A stretch of 64,000 bases of DNA, taken from assembly GCA_050951545.1 (NCBI GenBank), contig JBMNJG010000002.1:1-64000 (forward strand), written 5' to 3'. Numbering within the stretch: position 1 is the stretch's first letter; every line of letters starts with the position of its first letter. This document shows, piece after piece, positions 9,292 to 19,212 of this stretch. The stretch comes from Limnochordia bacterium. GTDB lineage: Bacteria > Bacillota > Limnochordia > DTU080. The position numbers were made by a program, and so were the translations under genes. Under the pieces are notes generated by a model. That model made no database searches. It was not told the DNA's origin and was given only the letters and a program-made list of their open reading frames with translations.

Positions 9292-10778
9292 TGGGTGTTA
9301 TCTGGAAAATAGCCTTCCGCAACCTACGTCAGCATAAGACCAAGACTCTGATCATAGGAGTCATTATCTCCATCGGTATTGCAGTGTTGGTGGTAGGAAA
9401 CTCCTTGCTCGATACGGCTACCGCTGGCATCAAGCAAGCCTATGTCGACAACTACACTGCTCACATCATCGTGACAGGCAAACACCGTGGGGATCTCTCT
9501 TTGTTTGGTAGCAACAGCATGGACGAAGGTATACCCATGATCCCCGAGTTTGAGAAAGTGCTCGAATGCGTCTCTTCACTACCTGAGGTCGAAGCCTATA
9601 GCCCCCAGGCAACGAACCAGGTGGTGATCAGCGTCGGCGACAAGGTGCGCGGCTTTGCCCAGCTGTTTGGCATCGAGCCCACCCTCTACCGCAGCATGTT
9701 CTCCAATAACCTCGAACTGATCGAGGGCGAGTTTCTAGCGCCGGGAGAAGAGGGCATCCTGCTGTCAGAGAAAACAGCCAAGCAGGTGTCGAGAAAGCTC
9801 GACCGGCCAGTGGCCCCCGGCGACTCTCTGTTGCTTACGGGGATGAGCCTTACCAGCGGCACTCGCATTCGAGAGGTTGAGATCAAAGGTATCTTCCGAT
9901 TCCGCCATCCTGATCCTCAGATCGAGATGGTCTCTTTGATCGATATCACCAATCTGCGCGCTCTGGCGGGCATGAACGTTCAGCGCTCCTCTGAGATCAT
10001 GCTCGAGGAGAAAGAGGAGGCCCTTCTGGGCGAGATCAGCGAGGAGATGCTCTTTGGCGAAGGCGAAGAAAGTCTCTTCGGTGGACCTTTGGTAGGCAAA
10101 GCCGATGTCGTGCAACAAAGGTATACCGAAGATGCCCTGCTAAATGTCCTAGGCGACACCTCGGAGGCAGAGCCTGAACAGGAAGAGGATTACTCAGGTG
10201 CTTGGCACTTCCTCTTGCTCAAGCTGAAGAACCCGCGCCACATCGCAGCAGTTGAGAAACAGCTGGCGCAGTTTCTTGACGATGAAGGTATCGAGGCCTC
10301 ATTGCAGGGATGGACCGAAGGCGCAGGCATGATGGCACAGATGAGTACTGGGGTCAAGACCGTGTTTAACGTCATCGTGCTAATTGTAGCTGTCGTGGCA
10401 GTGATCATCATCATGAACACTCTTGTCATCTCAGTCACTGAGCGCATATCCGAGATCGGCACCATGCGAGCCATCGGCGCCCAGAAGTCTTTCGTGCGCA
10501 GGATGATCACCCTGGAAACCATCGTGATCTCCGGAGTCTTTGGCATGTTGGGAGTGGCTATTGGCTCTTTGATCTTGCTTATCCTGAACCTAGCTGGTAT
10601 ACGCGCCACCAACGTTTTTCTACGGGTGATCTTCGGCGGCGAGGTGCTCAGACCTACACTGTCTGGTAGCTCCGTAGTGATGTCACTCGTCACCGTCACT
10701 GTGATTGGCATTGTGGCCAGCCTCTATCCCGTCTCCATAGCGCTTCGGGTGCAACCAGTGAAGGCCATGCAGAGCTAA
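9291..10778 (+). CDS. ABC permease, FtsX/MacB/LolC-E family
   Basis: IAFRNL N-terminus, large periplasmic loop, ERISEIGTMRAIG, C-terminal TM helices. Translationally coupled to the ATPase. Confidence 0.92.
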   Translation: MGVIWKIAFRNLRQHKTKTLIIGVIISIGIAVLVVGNSLLDTATAGIKQAYVDNYTAHIIVTGKHRGDLSLFGSNSMDEGIPMIPEFEKVLECVSSLPEVEAYSPQATNQVVISVGDKVRGFAQLFGIEPTLYRSMFSNNLELIEGEFLAPGEEGILLSEKTAKQVSRKLDRPVAPGDSLLLTGMSLTSGTRIREVEIKGIFRFRHPDPQIEMVSLIDITNLRALAGMNVQRSSEIMLEEKEEALLGEISEEMLFGEGEESLFGGPLVGKADVVQQRYTEDALLNVLGDTSEAEPEQEEDYSGAWHFLLLKLKNPRHIAAVEKQLAQFLDDEGIEASLQGWTEGAGMMAQMSTGVKTVFNVIVLIVAVVAVIIIMNTLVISVTERISEIGTMRAIGAQKSFVRRMITLETIVISGVFGMLGVAIGSLILLILNLAGIRATNVFLRVIFGGEVLRPTLSGSSVVMSLVTVTVIGIVASLYPVSIALRVQPVKAMQS

Positions 10779-10811
10779 TGGAGTACGTCTCCTAACAAGG
10801 TGGATTGCATC

Positions 10812-12164
10812 ATGATGACAACCGTACGCATCGCCTTTCGCAATACTAGACGTCAGAAGAAACGTAGCTTCCTATTAGGAGGCGCCATTGCTTTTGGCGT
10901 TATGATGATCACCTTGCTGAACGCCTTTACAGCCGGGGTGGTCGATAACGTGAAGATCAACTTCTCGTATATCATCGGTGGACACATCTTCATCACAGGC
11001 ACTGAACTGACGAGCAGCGGCCGCGTTATCAATAGCATTGGCGACGACGACATCGCTCAGACCGCGCTCGAAGAGGTGCGCTCCTACGTACGGCAGATCA
11101 ACCGACGTTCTCAGACCATGGGGCAGCTTGTTTTCGGTTCAAAAGACGCTATGCAGCGCATCGACGGCATTGATTGGGACGCAGAGCCAGACCTTGCCAA
11201 GAACCTCACCGTAGTCGAGGGCTCCTTGACAGATCTCTCAGACCCGCAGGCACTGATTCTGCCTCGAGCTACCGCAGGCAAACTCGGCGTTGCTGCTGGA
11301 GAGACCTTGCTAGTCAAGCTACCCACAGCGACAGGACAGCAAAACCTTGGAGAGTTCCGCCTAATCGCTATCACGAAGGACCAGACGGGCTTCGGCATTG
11401 ACAGCGCCTACGCCAGTTTACCCTATCTGAACGAGTTGCTCGGTCTCGAAAAAGAGGCCTATCAGATGCTACACGTCTTTCTTAAGGACATGACAGAGAT
11501 GGACGCCGCAGCTGATATCGTCTACGAGTCCATCGCTGCCAAGGCTGAGGTGAAACCTCGGTTCTCACTCGAACAGCTTCATGCCGACCAAGCAGATAAC
11601 GAAGAGGCCCAAGCTGAGGCGCTTGGTCAGATGTTCGGTGGGGAGCAAAGGCCGACTGAACCATGGAGCGGCACCAAATTCGCTGTCACAACCCTCAATG
11701 ATATCATGGCGCCAGTTATGTCACTGGTTGGCGTGCTCAATACGATCGGCCTCGTAGTCTTTCTTATCCTACTGGTAATCACGATGGTAGGTATCATGAA
11801 CACCTTCCGCATGGTTCTCATTGAACGTACGCAAGAGATCGGTACCATGCGCGCTATTGGCATGCAGCAAGGCGCGGTGCGTAACATTTTCATGATGGAG
11901 GCACTCTTTATCGGTGTGGGCGGAGCACTCGCAGGGCTTGTGATTGCCAGTGTCGTCATGTTACTGCTGTCGTTGATTCGTTTTACCAGTAGCTCCGCAC
12001 TGCAGTTCTTCCTCAGCCACAATCGATTGACGTTTCGCCTTGTGCCAAGCTCGGTACTGCTCAATTTCGTGTTGCTCATGGGCATGACTGTGCTTGCAGC
12101 CTACGTCCCAGCTCGAGCCGCAGCGCGGCTCAAGCCAGCCGATGCCCTGCGGACCACATACTAG
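10812..12164 (+). CDS. ABC permease, FtsX/MacB/LolC-E family (second subunit)
   Basis: IAFRNTRR, ERTQEIGTMRAIG, PARAAARLKPADALR. Confidence 0.92.
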   Translation: MMTTVRIAFRNTRRQKKRSFLLGGAIAFGVMMITLLNAFTAGVVDNVKINFSYIIGGHIFITGTELTSSGRVINSIGDDDIAQTALEEVRSYVRQINRRSQTMGQLVFGSKDAMQRIDGIDWDAEPDLAKNLTVVEGSLTDLSDPQALILPRATAGKLGVAAGETLLVKLPTATGQQNLGEFRLIAITKDQTGFGIDSAYASLPYLNELLGLEKEAYQMLHVFLKDMTEMDAAADIVYESIAAKAEVKPRFSLEQLHADQADNEEAQAEALGQMFGGEQRPTEPWSGTKFAVTTLNDIMAPVMSLVGVLNTIGLVVFLILLVITMVGIMNTFRMVLIERTQEIGTMRAIGMQQGAVRNIFMMEALFIGVGGALAGLVIASVVMLLLSLIRFTSSSALQFFLSHNRLTFRLVPSSVLLNFVLLMGMTVLAAYVPARAAARLKPADALRTTY

Positions 12165-12201
12165 TGCCGTGAATCGAAAACAAGACTTGAGGGGATTGTG
12201 C

Positions 12202-12963
12202 ATGAAGAAAGCTTTACTCAGCAGTCTTATCGTTGCCTGCTTGCTTGTTACGGTGACCGCCCAGGCCGCCATCAAGCAGTCAGATGTGGAGCGCATTCTA
12301 CGCAACGTCGATAACGCCAGCACCTTCATGTCCACGGACTTTTCCGCAGAGATGACCATGATCTCTCAGGATCCGGAAAAGGGCGTAGAGAAGCACGTGG
12401 TGCGCATTTTTCGGCGTGATCGCGATGACAAGTTCCTTCTGCTCTTCCAGGAGCCCAAAGTACTCAAAGGTCAGGGATACCTGAGGGTAGATGACAGCCT
12501 CTGGTTTTATGATCCCGAGAGCCGTAAGTTCTCGCACACGTCGATGAAGCAGAACTTTGGCTCCACCGATGCCAAGAATTCCGACTTCGCACAGCGTACT
12601 CTGTCCGATGACTACAAAGCGACCTCTTGGACGGAGGGCACGCTCGGAGCCCATAGCGTCTACATCATCGAGCTTGAGGCGGTCAATGATGAGGTGACCT
12701 ACCCCTATCTGAAGCTGTGGATCGGCAAGAACCCCAACCTGATCCTTAAAGCAGAGGAGTACAGCCTCAGCAAACGCCTGCTGCGCACCTCCCTGTTTCC
12801 CAGCTATGTACAGGCAGGCAAAAGCTATGTGCCCAACAGCATGATTATCGTTGATGAGCTGGTCAAGGGCAGAAAGACACAGATCAGCATGAAAGGCATC
12901 TCTCTGGACAGACTGCCTGACTCTGTCTTCACCAAGTCCTACGTGGAACGGGTCAACCGCTAA
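12202..12963 (+). CDS. Outer-membrane lipoprotein-sorting (LolA-like) periplasmic protein
   Basis: Signal peptide (AQA-A); FLLLFQEP..KGQGYL..DDSLWFYDP, FGSTD, LPDSVFT motifs; typical position after the FtsX pair. Confidence 0.85.
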   Translation: MKKALLSSLIVACLLVTVTAQAAIKQSDVERILRNVDNASTFMSTDFSAEMTMISQDPEKGVEKHVVRIFRRDRDDKFLLLFQEPKVLKGQGYLRVDDSLWFYDPESRKFSHTSMKQNFGSTDAKNSDFAQRTLSDDYKATSWTEGTLGAHSVYIIELEAVNDEVTYPYLKLWIGKNPNLILKAEEYSLSKRLLRTSLFPSYVQAGKSYVPNSMIIVDELVKGRKTQISMKGISLDRLPDSVFTKSYVERVNR

Positions 12964-13017
12964 GTTGTCCTGCACCTTGTGCGTAGGCGTTCGATTCCTA
13001 GTGATGGAGGACTCACC

Positions 13018-14370
13018 ATGATTCACCGAAATCATCCGTCGCTCTGGCTGCTGTTACTGTGCGTAACGATCTGCTTCAGCTTCGTCCAAACTGTAGCGGC
13101 AACCGATTTGGATGAAGACGACCTGTTTGGTTCGTTCAGCTTCGTCAGCGAACTGGATGAAACCGCCACGACTGACGACTTCCTCATTCAGGAGAGTGCC
13201 GACTTTGGAGGCAGTTTCAGCTTCTCCTTAGGTTCCTCTTGGCTCTGGACCAGCCCTGGCAAAATCGGGAGTGCGCCAGACCGCGAAACGCTGACGAGCA
13301 ACCTGCAGGCAACCGTCTTTGCCGACCTGCGCCCCGAAGAGGATTACCGAGTGTTTGGCAAAGCGACGATTTCCTACCCCTTTACGGAGGCGGAAGCTGA
13401 GGGGCCTGACAAGCCAGCCCGCCGCTTTGACAAGATCGTCAAGATCAGCGAACTGTTTGCAGATTTCGATCACGAAGACAGGTGGTTTTTCCGAGTCGGT
13501 AAGCAGACCATAGGCTGGGGCGTGGGGTACTTCTTTAGCCCTGCCGACATCATCAATCTGACACCTATAGACCCAGAGGACCCCGAAGCTGACCGAGAAG
13601 GTCCCCTCTCGGTGAAGATCAACCGCCCCATCGATCAGCACAACCTGTATCTTTACCTGCTTGCCGACCAAGCAAAGCGCCTGGATGAGCTTGCAGTAGC
13701 TCCGAAGGCGGAGGTCGTCTTGGGTGGTACTGAAGTGGGTGTAGGCGCTTATCTCAGGAAAGAACGAGCCCCGATGGCCATGGTCACTCTAAGCAGTGGT
13801 TTGGGCAAGACTGCCGTGTTTGGAGAAGCGGTGCTGAAGCACGGATCAGACAAGCGCTTTGTCCGAGAGGTCGACAAGAGCCCCGACAACCCTATGGGCA
13901 TTGAGATCTACGAACGCGACAATGAGTATTTCGTCTCAGGTACAGGCGGTGTGCGTTACTCCTATACTGACGACGAAGGTCTCTACAACCTCACAGTGGC
14001 CGCTCAGTACTTCTATAACGGTGAAGGCTACGAGGACCCCGGAACACTGCTACAGGTAGCTCCCCTTCTGCCCCTGGGTAAGAAGCTCTCCGCAAGCGAT
14101 GCGCTTTGGCCAAGCAGACACTATGGTGCTGTCTCTCTACTGTGGAGCGATGCTCTGAAAACAGGGGTATCGGCGAACCTACTGTGCTTGGCTAGTCTGA
14201 CGAAACCCAATGGCTTGGCCAGCGCGTCACTCTCGTGGAAGCCCCTTGAACGCGTCTCGACCTCCATCGGCTTGTCGTATGCTTTTGGCGAGACTGGGGG
14301 CGAATACACGTACGCAGGCAATCCTCTGTCGCTCAATATACGCGTGTCTCTGGGCAGCGGCCGATTCTGA
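13018..14370 (+). CDS. Putative outer-membrane beta-barrel protein
   Basis: Signal peptide; ELFADF..RVGKQTIGWGVGYFFSPAD..NL motif; amphipathic strands; terminal Phe; last gene of the Lol-like cluster. Confidence 0.75.
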   Translation: MIHRNHPSLWLLLLCVTICFSFVQTVAATDLDEDDLFGSFSFVSELDETATTDDFLIQESADFGGSFSFSLGSSWLWTSPGKIGSAPDRETLTSNLQATVFADLRPEEDYRVFGKATISYPFTEAEAEGPDKPARRFDKIVKISELFADFDHEDRWFFRVGKQTIGWGVGYFFSPADIINLTPIDPEDPEADREGPLSVKINRPIDQHNLYLYLLADQAKRLDELAVAPKAEVVLGGTEVGVGAYLRKERAPMAMVTLSSGLGKTAVFGEAVLKHGSDKRFVREVDKSPDNPMGIEIYERDNEYFVSGTGGVRYSYTDDEGLYNLTVAAQYFYNGEGYEDPGTLLQVAPLLPLGKKLSASDALWPSRHYGAVSLLWSDALKTGVSANLLCLASLTKPNGLASASLSWKPLERVSTSIGLSYAFGETGGEYTYAGNPLSLNIRVSLGSGRF

Positions 14371-14382
14371 GGAGTCACATTC

Positions 14383-14418
14383 GTGGGGGCTCTGCCTAGC
14401 GGTAGCCCCCACTTTCTT
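14383..14418 (+). terminator. Intrinsic terminator of the Lol-like operon
   Basis: GTGGGGGCT...AGCCCCCAC followed by TTTCTT. Confidence 0.75.
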
Positions 14419-14427
14419 GCCACACCG

Positions 14428-14637
14428 TCAGTTGCCTGTAAGATCCCGAAGCAGGTTGTTAATCACCGGAGCCACCTGGTCCATCGCCTGGCTGGCTCCT
14501 GTGTTCCCCGCAAACACCTGGGTCATATGCGTCTGCACTGCACTTTTCACACTAGCCCAGTTGGCCGTATAGGGCATGATCTTTGGTAGCCCACTGTTGA
14601 GCATGTGCAGGAAGATCCCCTCGTTTTGAGGCGTCAT
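14428..14637 (-). pseudogene. C-terminal remnant of a sugar SBP gene
   Basis: 69 aa PYTANWASVKSAVQTHMTQVFAGNTGASQAMDQVAPVINNLL resembles the terminal helices of other SBPs here (e.g. QVWTGKADSRTAVASMKQQVNALL); no signal peptide. Confidence 0.6.
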
Positions 14638-14742
14638 GGGGTCGTCAAAAACCCGCCATCACGAGGAGGGTTTTTGCGCCCATCGAATAACAGGTTGGAT
14701 CGATGCCTATGATAAGAGACCTTTTCAGGGGAGTGATCGTGA

Positions 14743-15741
14743 TTGGCCGAGATGCCCTACTCACCCGATGTAGCCGACCGCGAAACGATCGACGATGGTT
14801 TCTCCAAAGGACTCGGCTTCTTCTTTCAGCCCAGTGAAGAGTACTGGTTTGACTCGCACACCCACCTACGCTCCATTCGTAGTGAAACGGATCTCGTAGG
14901 CCTGCTTGACGAATGGTTCGCGCGCTTGGACGCCTTCCGTCTTGGCAAAGTCATGGCCATAGCCAAAGATCCCCAAGCGTTTCCCATCTACAAGGAAGTG
15001 AGCGGCCGGGATCCCCGCTTTGCATGGATGCTCTGGCTCGATCCGGACAACCCCGACGCAACTCTCCTAGGCGAAGCCTTCGAGTGCAATGCTGCCGGGC
15101 TGAAGCTGCACAACTCTCCTATCATGCGTGGCCAATACCCCGTGGATATCTGGTTGAGCGATGCTTGGAGCAGGATCTTCTCAATGATGGAGGAAAGCGG
15201 TAAGCCGATCCTGTGGCACGTGACGCAGCGCAAGAGCACTTCGCCCTACCATGGGGGAGGGCTTAACTCTTACTGGGAAGAGGGTAGCAGGCGAGGAGTC
15301 ACGGCAACGAACGAAGACCTACTCCAAGTGACCCTCAGATTGCTGCGTGATTTCCCGGGCCTGAAGATCCAGGGGGCACACCAGCTGCATGTGGGTCTCG
15401 ACCATCTTTCTGTCTTGTTTGACGAGTTCGAGAACCTCTACGTAGATACCAGCTGCTCATGGTTTGTCCGGTGGGCGGATGTGCTCTACGAACACGACCG
15501 ACAGGTTCTGCGTGACTTCGTGCTACGTTACCCGGATCGGATACTGCTCGGCTCAGACGCACCTCTGGCACCGGGGGCCATAGATGAGTATCTGGTTCAG
15601 GGGTTCTTGTGTCATACCCGATGCATTAACCAGCTGCGACTACCCTATGATGTCTTGCAGAAGGTTGCGCACGGGAATGCGGAACGATTGTACGGAACTG
15701 ATCCGTTGAGCCCCGTGCGGCGCGGGAATTACCGACCCTGA
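14743..15741 (+). CDS. Amidohydrolase family protein (amidohydro_2-like TIM barrel)
   Basis: FDSHTH, GLKLH, AH, NLYVDTS, DRILLGSD, NAERL motifs. Confidence 0.85.
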   Translation: MAEMPYSPDVADRETIDDGFSKGLGFFFQPSEEYWFDSHTHLRSIRSETDLVGLLDEWFARLDAFRLGKVMAIAKDPQAFPIYKEVSGRDPRFAWMLWLDPDNPDATLLGEAFECNAAGLKLHNSPIMRGQYPVDIWLSDAWSRIFSMMEESGKPILWHVTQRKSTSPYHGGGLNSYWEEGSRRGVTATNEDLLQVTLRLLRDFPGLKIQGAHQLHVGLDHLSVLFDEFENLYVDTSCSWFVRWADVLYEHDRQVLRDFVLRYPDRILLGSDAPLAPGAIDEYLVQGFLCHTRCINQLRLPYDVLQKVAHGNAERLYGTDPLSPVRRGNYRP

Positions 15742-15883
15742 GCTGGCCAGATGGCGCTGACGAACGGGGCAGAGCAGCCTCATTAGGTGGCGAGCGATGC
15801 ATGCCAGTTGCCTTGCTTTTGCAGGTTCAGGGCGTTGCGGATACTTACCTCACTTTGGCTGACAGAGCTGACATTCAGGAGGG

Positions 15884-16450
15884 GTGAGACAGTCTGTGCG
15901 ATTGTTCCATGTGAGCGAGGAACCCGGCATCACAGAATTCGTACCCCGCCCAGGCCCAGATGACACACCTGTGGTCTGGGCCATTTGCGAAGCGCGTCTG
16001 CACAACTACTTGCTGCCTCGCGACTGTCCGCGAGTCACTTTCGCAGCGAGTCCCGCCACGACACAGGCGGACAAGGAGCTCCTCTTGGGCGGGGCGCAGG
16101 CAGTGGTGGCCATTGAGGCTAGGTGGTTTGCTCGTTGCCTGACAACCACACTCTATCTCTACGAATTCGATCCCGCACCGTTTCGCGAAACGGATGAAGT
16201 AGCTGGCTACTACCAAAGCACCATACGTGTGCGTCCTCTTGCTGTTCATGCCATAGCCCATGGGCTGGGGACCCTGTTGGAGAAAGGCGTGGAACTGCGG
16301 ATTCTACCAACTCTCTGGCATCTGCGAGAGGCGGTGCTAGACTCATCGCTGGCTTACTCCATCATCCGGATGCGCAATGCAGCGCCGCATCCGCCAGGGT
16401 TCGCAACCGCCCATCCGGTGACTGGCTTGAAACCTCGCACTGACGTGTGA
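15884..16450 (+). CDS. Conserved hypothetical protein (DUF6886-like)
   Basis: LFHVSEEPGITEFVPRP, NYLLPRDCPRV, SIIRMRNA motifs; GGAGG RBS. Confidence 0.7.
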   Translation: MRQSVRLFHVSEEPGITEFVPRPGPDDTPVVWAICEARLHNYLLPRDCPRVTFAASPATTQADKELLLGGAQAVVAIEARWFARCLTTTLYLYEFDPAPFRETDEVAGYYQSTIRVRPLAVHAIAHGLGTLLEKGVELRILPTLWHLREAVLDSSLAYSIIRMRNAAPHPPGFATAHPVTGLKPRTDV

Positions 16451-16536
16451 CTAGCTAGTCATCGAAGAGTCTCAGATACTGACCGTACCCTTCTCTGTGC
16501 AGATGCTCCTTAGGGACAAAGCGGAGGGCTCGCCTA

Positions 16537-16968
16537 TCACTCGCCATGCCAGAAAAGATCCCGCACCAATAGCGCAGCAGCAACGCAAAGCTCTACCAGT
16601 GCCACGATGTAGAGAACTAGTGCGCCTAGGACCAGCGCCAAGCGCCAGCCAGTTGGCTCGGCCCTACCGGAAGCCAGGCCGGTGGCCACAGCCAGCGCTT
16701 GACAGAGGAATAGCATGCCCGTCGCGATGCCCAAACCCCAGCCGATAGGCCTCACTCGCGCACGGACAATAACAGCTGCCCCCAACAGCAGCACTCCGCC
16801 GGCAAGGGCCGCGGGGAAGAGCTCAGCTGGCATCAGCCAGTCCAGACGAAACACACGCGCTCTGATGGATCCGACTACAGACGTCATGACCGTCGCCACG
16901 ATAGGTAGACACACGAACAGCATTCCCATCACAGCCAGGACCTTCGTCAGACTACCCTGTCGTGCCAA
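16537..16968 (-). CDS. Small membrane protein (about 4 TM)
   Basis: Four hydrophobic segments, DWLMPAELFP loop; GGAGG RBS. Confidence 0.75.
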   Translation of the reverse strand: MARQGSLTKVLAVMGMLFVCLPIVATVMTSVVGSIRARVFRLDWLMPAELFPAALAGGVLLLGAAVIVRARVRPIGWGLGIATGMLFLCQALAVATGLASGRAEPTGWRLALVLGALVLYIVALVELCVAAALLVRDLFWHGE

Positions 16969-17032
16969 TGTAGCCACCTCCGAACGGGTTCATCAGCCCT
17001 TCCCCGCCAGTGCCCAGGCGGGCCATGAGGTA

Positions 17033-18364
17033 CTACCGCATCTTGAGCTCTTGGGCATAGGCGTTGAGAGAGGCTTCGAAGCTCTCCAACGTCGACTCCA
17101 CGGGCCTTTGCCCCGCCAGAATGGGGTTAAGCCAAGTCGATGTCCGGCGGTTGATCTCCAACGGAAGATCAAAGATCGCTTCTTCAATGGAACGCCGCGA
17201 GTGGGTAACTGATCCTCCGATGACTGAGGCGATCTCTTCGGTTGACATGTCGAACACGTCACGTAAACCATTGATGTATAGCTGTGATGCCGTCCGGCGG
17301 GCTGGCATCAGCCGCGTCTTCTCTACCCATAATTCCTGATTCTCTTGGTTGGTCGCGAACTTGATGAACTTCCAGGCCTCCTCCGGATTTCCGGTCGTGG
17401 AGGACATGAACAGCGGATTTGTCCAACGCGTATTGGCTCTGTTCTGGACCAAAGGTGGTGGCCCTACGGCCAGACCGAAAGTCATCCCTCCGCCCCTTCT
17501 GGTATCTTGGATAGCCCCCATACGCCAGCCACCGATCCAATCCATGGCGATTTTTCCTTGGGAGAACCCCTGCCAAGCCGCAATCCCCTTGGCTGGCCCC
17601 GCCGCAGCGTAGCTAGCATATAACTCCACTAGGGCGCTATAGGCCTTGATGTTCTCTGGCCGAGTGAAGGTCACTTTGTCGACCCAACCTGTCTCGTAGG
17701 CCTGCGGCGCAAACCAGTCCCCGCCGAACATCCAGCACACATCAGGCAAAATCGCCTCAGTAGCCTGCGTGATCGCCAGCTGCTGTGCTCTCCCGTCCGT
17801 ATCGGTAACGGTAAGCCGCTTGCCATACTCAAGTAAACGATCCCACGTCCACGTCGTATTCTCCCAGCTCGTGGGGAGCAGCGGCAGACCGTGCTTCAGT
17901 AGCAGGTCTTGGTTGTAGAACATCAGTTGCGTGGTAATTGTAAGCGGTACGCCGTAACGCTTTCCCTGAAACACCGGGGAGTCCCAGACACCCGGGAAGA
18001 ACCCGTTGGTCTGCAACTCAGCCCTATCCCGTTCGGCAAGCCCTGTCACGTCAGCGGCAAATCCCCTCACGATGAAACCGAGCTTATCACCGTAACCTGT
18101 GAATACGTCAGGCGCATGACCTCCTGCGCCCATCACAGCGACTTTCTCTTGGTACGCGGTACCAGCAGGGCTAGTGACCAGCTTAACCTCGATTGAAGGG
18201 TTGGCCTTGGTGAATCCCTCGATGACCAGCTCGGCCCATTCCACCTCTGAGGTATGTGTACGATGGAGAAACGTGAGCTCCGTGGTCTTGGCGGTGGCCA
18301 CCATCGCCAGAGTCATGACTACTGCTACTGCTACCAGTGTGATCCGTCGCCGCGAACACTTCAT
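17033..18364 (-). CDS. Sugar ABC transporter solute-binding protein (family 1)
   Basis: Signal peptide MKCSRRR..VATA-K; FTKANPSIEV, GGHAPDV, FYNQDLL, WTWD, EAWKFIKF. Confidence 0.9.
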   Translation of the reverse strand: MKCSRRRITLVAVAVVMTLAMVATAKTTELTFLHRTHTSEVEWAELVIEGFTKANPSIEVKLVTSPAGTAYQEKVAVMGAGGHAPDVFTGYGDKLGFIVRGFAADVTGLAERDRAELQTNGFFPGVWDSPVFQGKRYGVPLTITTQLMFYNQDLLLKHGLPLLPTSWENTTWTWDRLLEYGKRLTVTDTDGRAQQLAITQATEAILPDVCWMFGGDWFAPQAYETGWVDKVTFTRPENIKAYSALVELYASYAAAGPAKGIAAWQGFSQGKIAMDWIGGWRMGAIQDTRRGGGMTFGLAVGPPPLVQNRANTRWTNPLFMSSTTGNPEEAWKFIKFATNQENQELWVEKTRLMPARRTASQLYINGLRDVFDMSTEEIASVIGGSVTHSRRSIEEAIFDLPLEINRRTSTWLNPILAGQRPVESTLESFEASLNAYAQELKMR

Positions 18365-18592
18365 GAGATCTTTTCCCCTTCCTGCAAACAAGCTTCGTGA
18401 CATCTGTAGACACACCCAGCCTGAAACGATGATTTGGATCTCTAGGGCTCTTCTCGGCAAACCGTGTGTCCCCTGCATAGACTCACCCTGCATGCTGAAA
18501 AGGGTCTTTGACACCATGCAGGTGGGTATCCATTCAACACCCTCATTGTGGCTATGCACTATTCACGCCAGTCAATGGAACGCTTCGAATGG

Positions 18593-19114
18593 TCACCCAT
18601 ACATCGCCTGTTCCCAAGCGAGCAGAGCCACCTTCAGCGAAAGCCCCCCGCCGAAGCCTCCCAGCGCACCGTTCTTGCGCACCACACGATGGCAGGGCAC
18701 GAGCACAAGTACGGGGTTAGCCCCGCAGGCCTGTCCTACAGCGCGGCTTGCCCCAGGGCTACCTGCTTGTCTGGCGATCTCCCCATAGCTTCGAGTGCTG
18801 CCAGGAGGAATGGCCTGAAGCGCTCGCCAGACTCGCTCCTGAAACGGCGTTCCCTTGATATCCAGTGGTATGCAAGGCAGGACCTCGCCTTCGCGCAGGT
18901 AACGTTGAAGGAGAGCCGCCCACCTTTTGACCATGCTCTCATCTCGAACGATAGGCACTTGCGGATACCGTTTCTCCAGGGCCGCAGCTAGTGCAGGCTC
19001 GTCGGCCCCTATCCCCACATAGCACACACCTCGGCTGGTGCAAGCCATCAGCAACAGACCAAAGGGCGACTCGTACAGGCCATATCCTATGTGCAGCGTC
19101 GCTCCCACAAACAT
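18593..19114 (-). CDS. ogt: Methylated-DNA--protein-cysteine methyltransferase
   Basis: GTPFQERVW, SYGEIA, RAVGQACGANP, active-site PCHRV. Confidence 0.93.
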   Translation of the reverse strand: MFVGATLHIGYGLYESPFGLLLMACTSRGVCYVGIGADEPALAAALEKRYPQVPIVRDESMVKRWAALLQRYLREGEVLPCIPLDIKGTPFQERVWRALQAIPPGSTRSYGEIARQAGSPGASRAVGQACGANPVLVLVPCHRVVRKNGALGGFGGGLSLKVALLAWEQAMYG

Positions 19115-19212
19115 AGGCCTCCCCGTAGCGATATTGGGCGCCCAGGTTGGATGCACCCAGGCACCCTACGACACTACGGCACTCGAGCAGTTTTCACCTG
19201 CGATCTCTGCTG

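Noticed and set aside
8572-12164. Assigning lolD/lolC/lolE or macB symbols, or treating this ABC system as the importer for the SBPs
   Set aside because: It is a type VII (MacB/FtsX) system that does not use family-1 SBPs, and orthology to canonical Lol cannot be shown by eye.
18174-18991. 204-aa and 147-aa plus-strand ORFs
   Set aside because: Antisense to the SBP and ogt genes, with no motifs or RBS; the same applies to most other short ORFs in the track.
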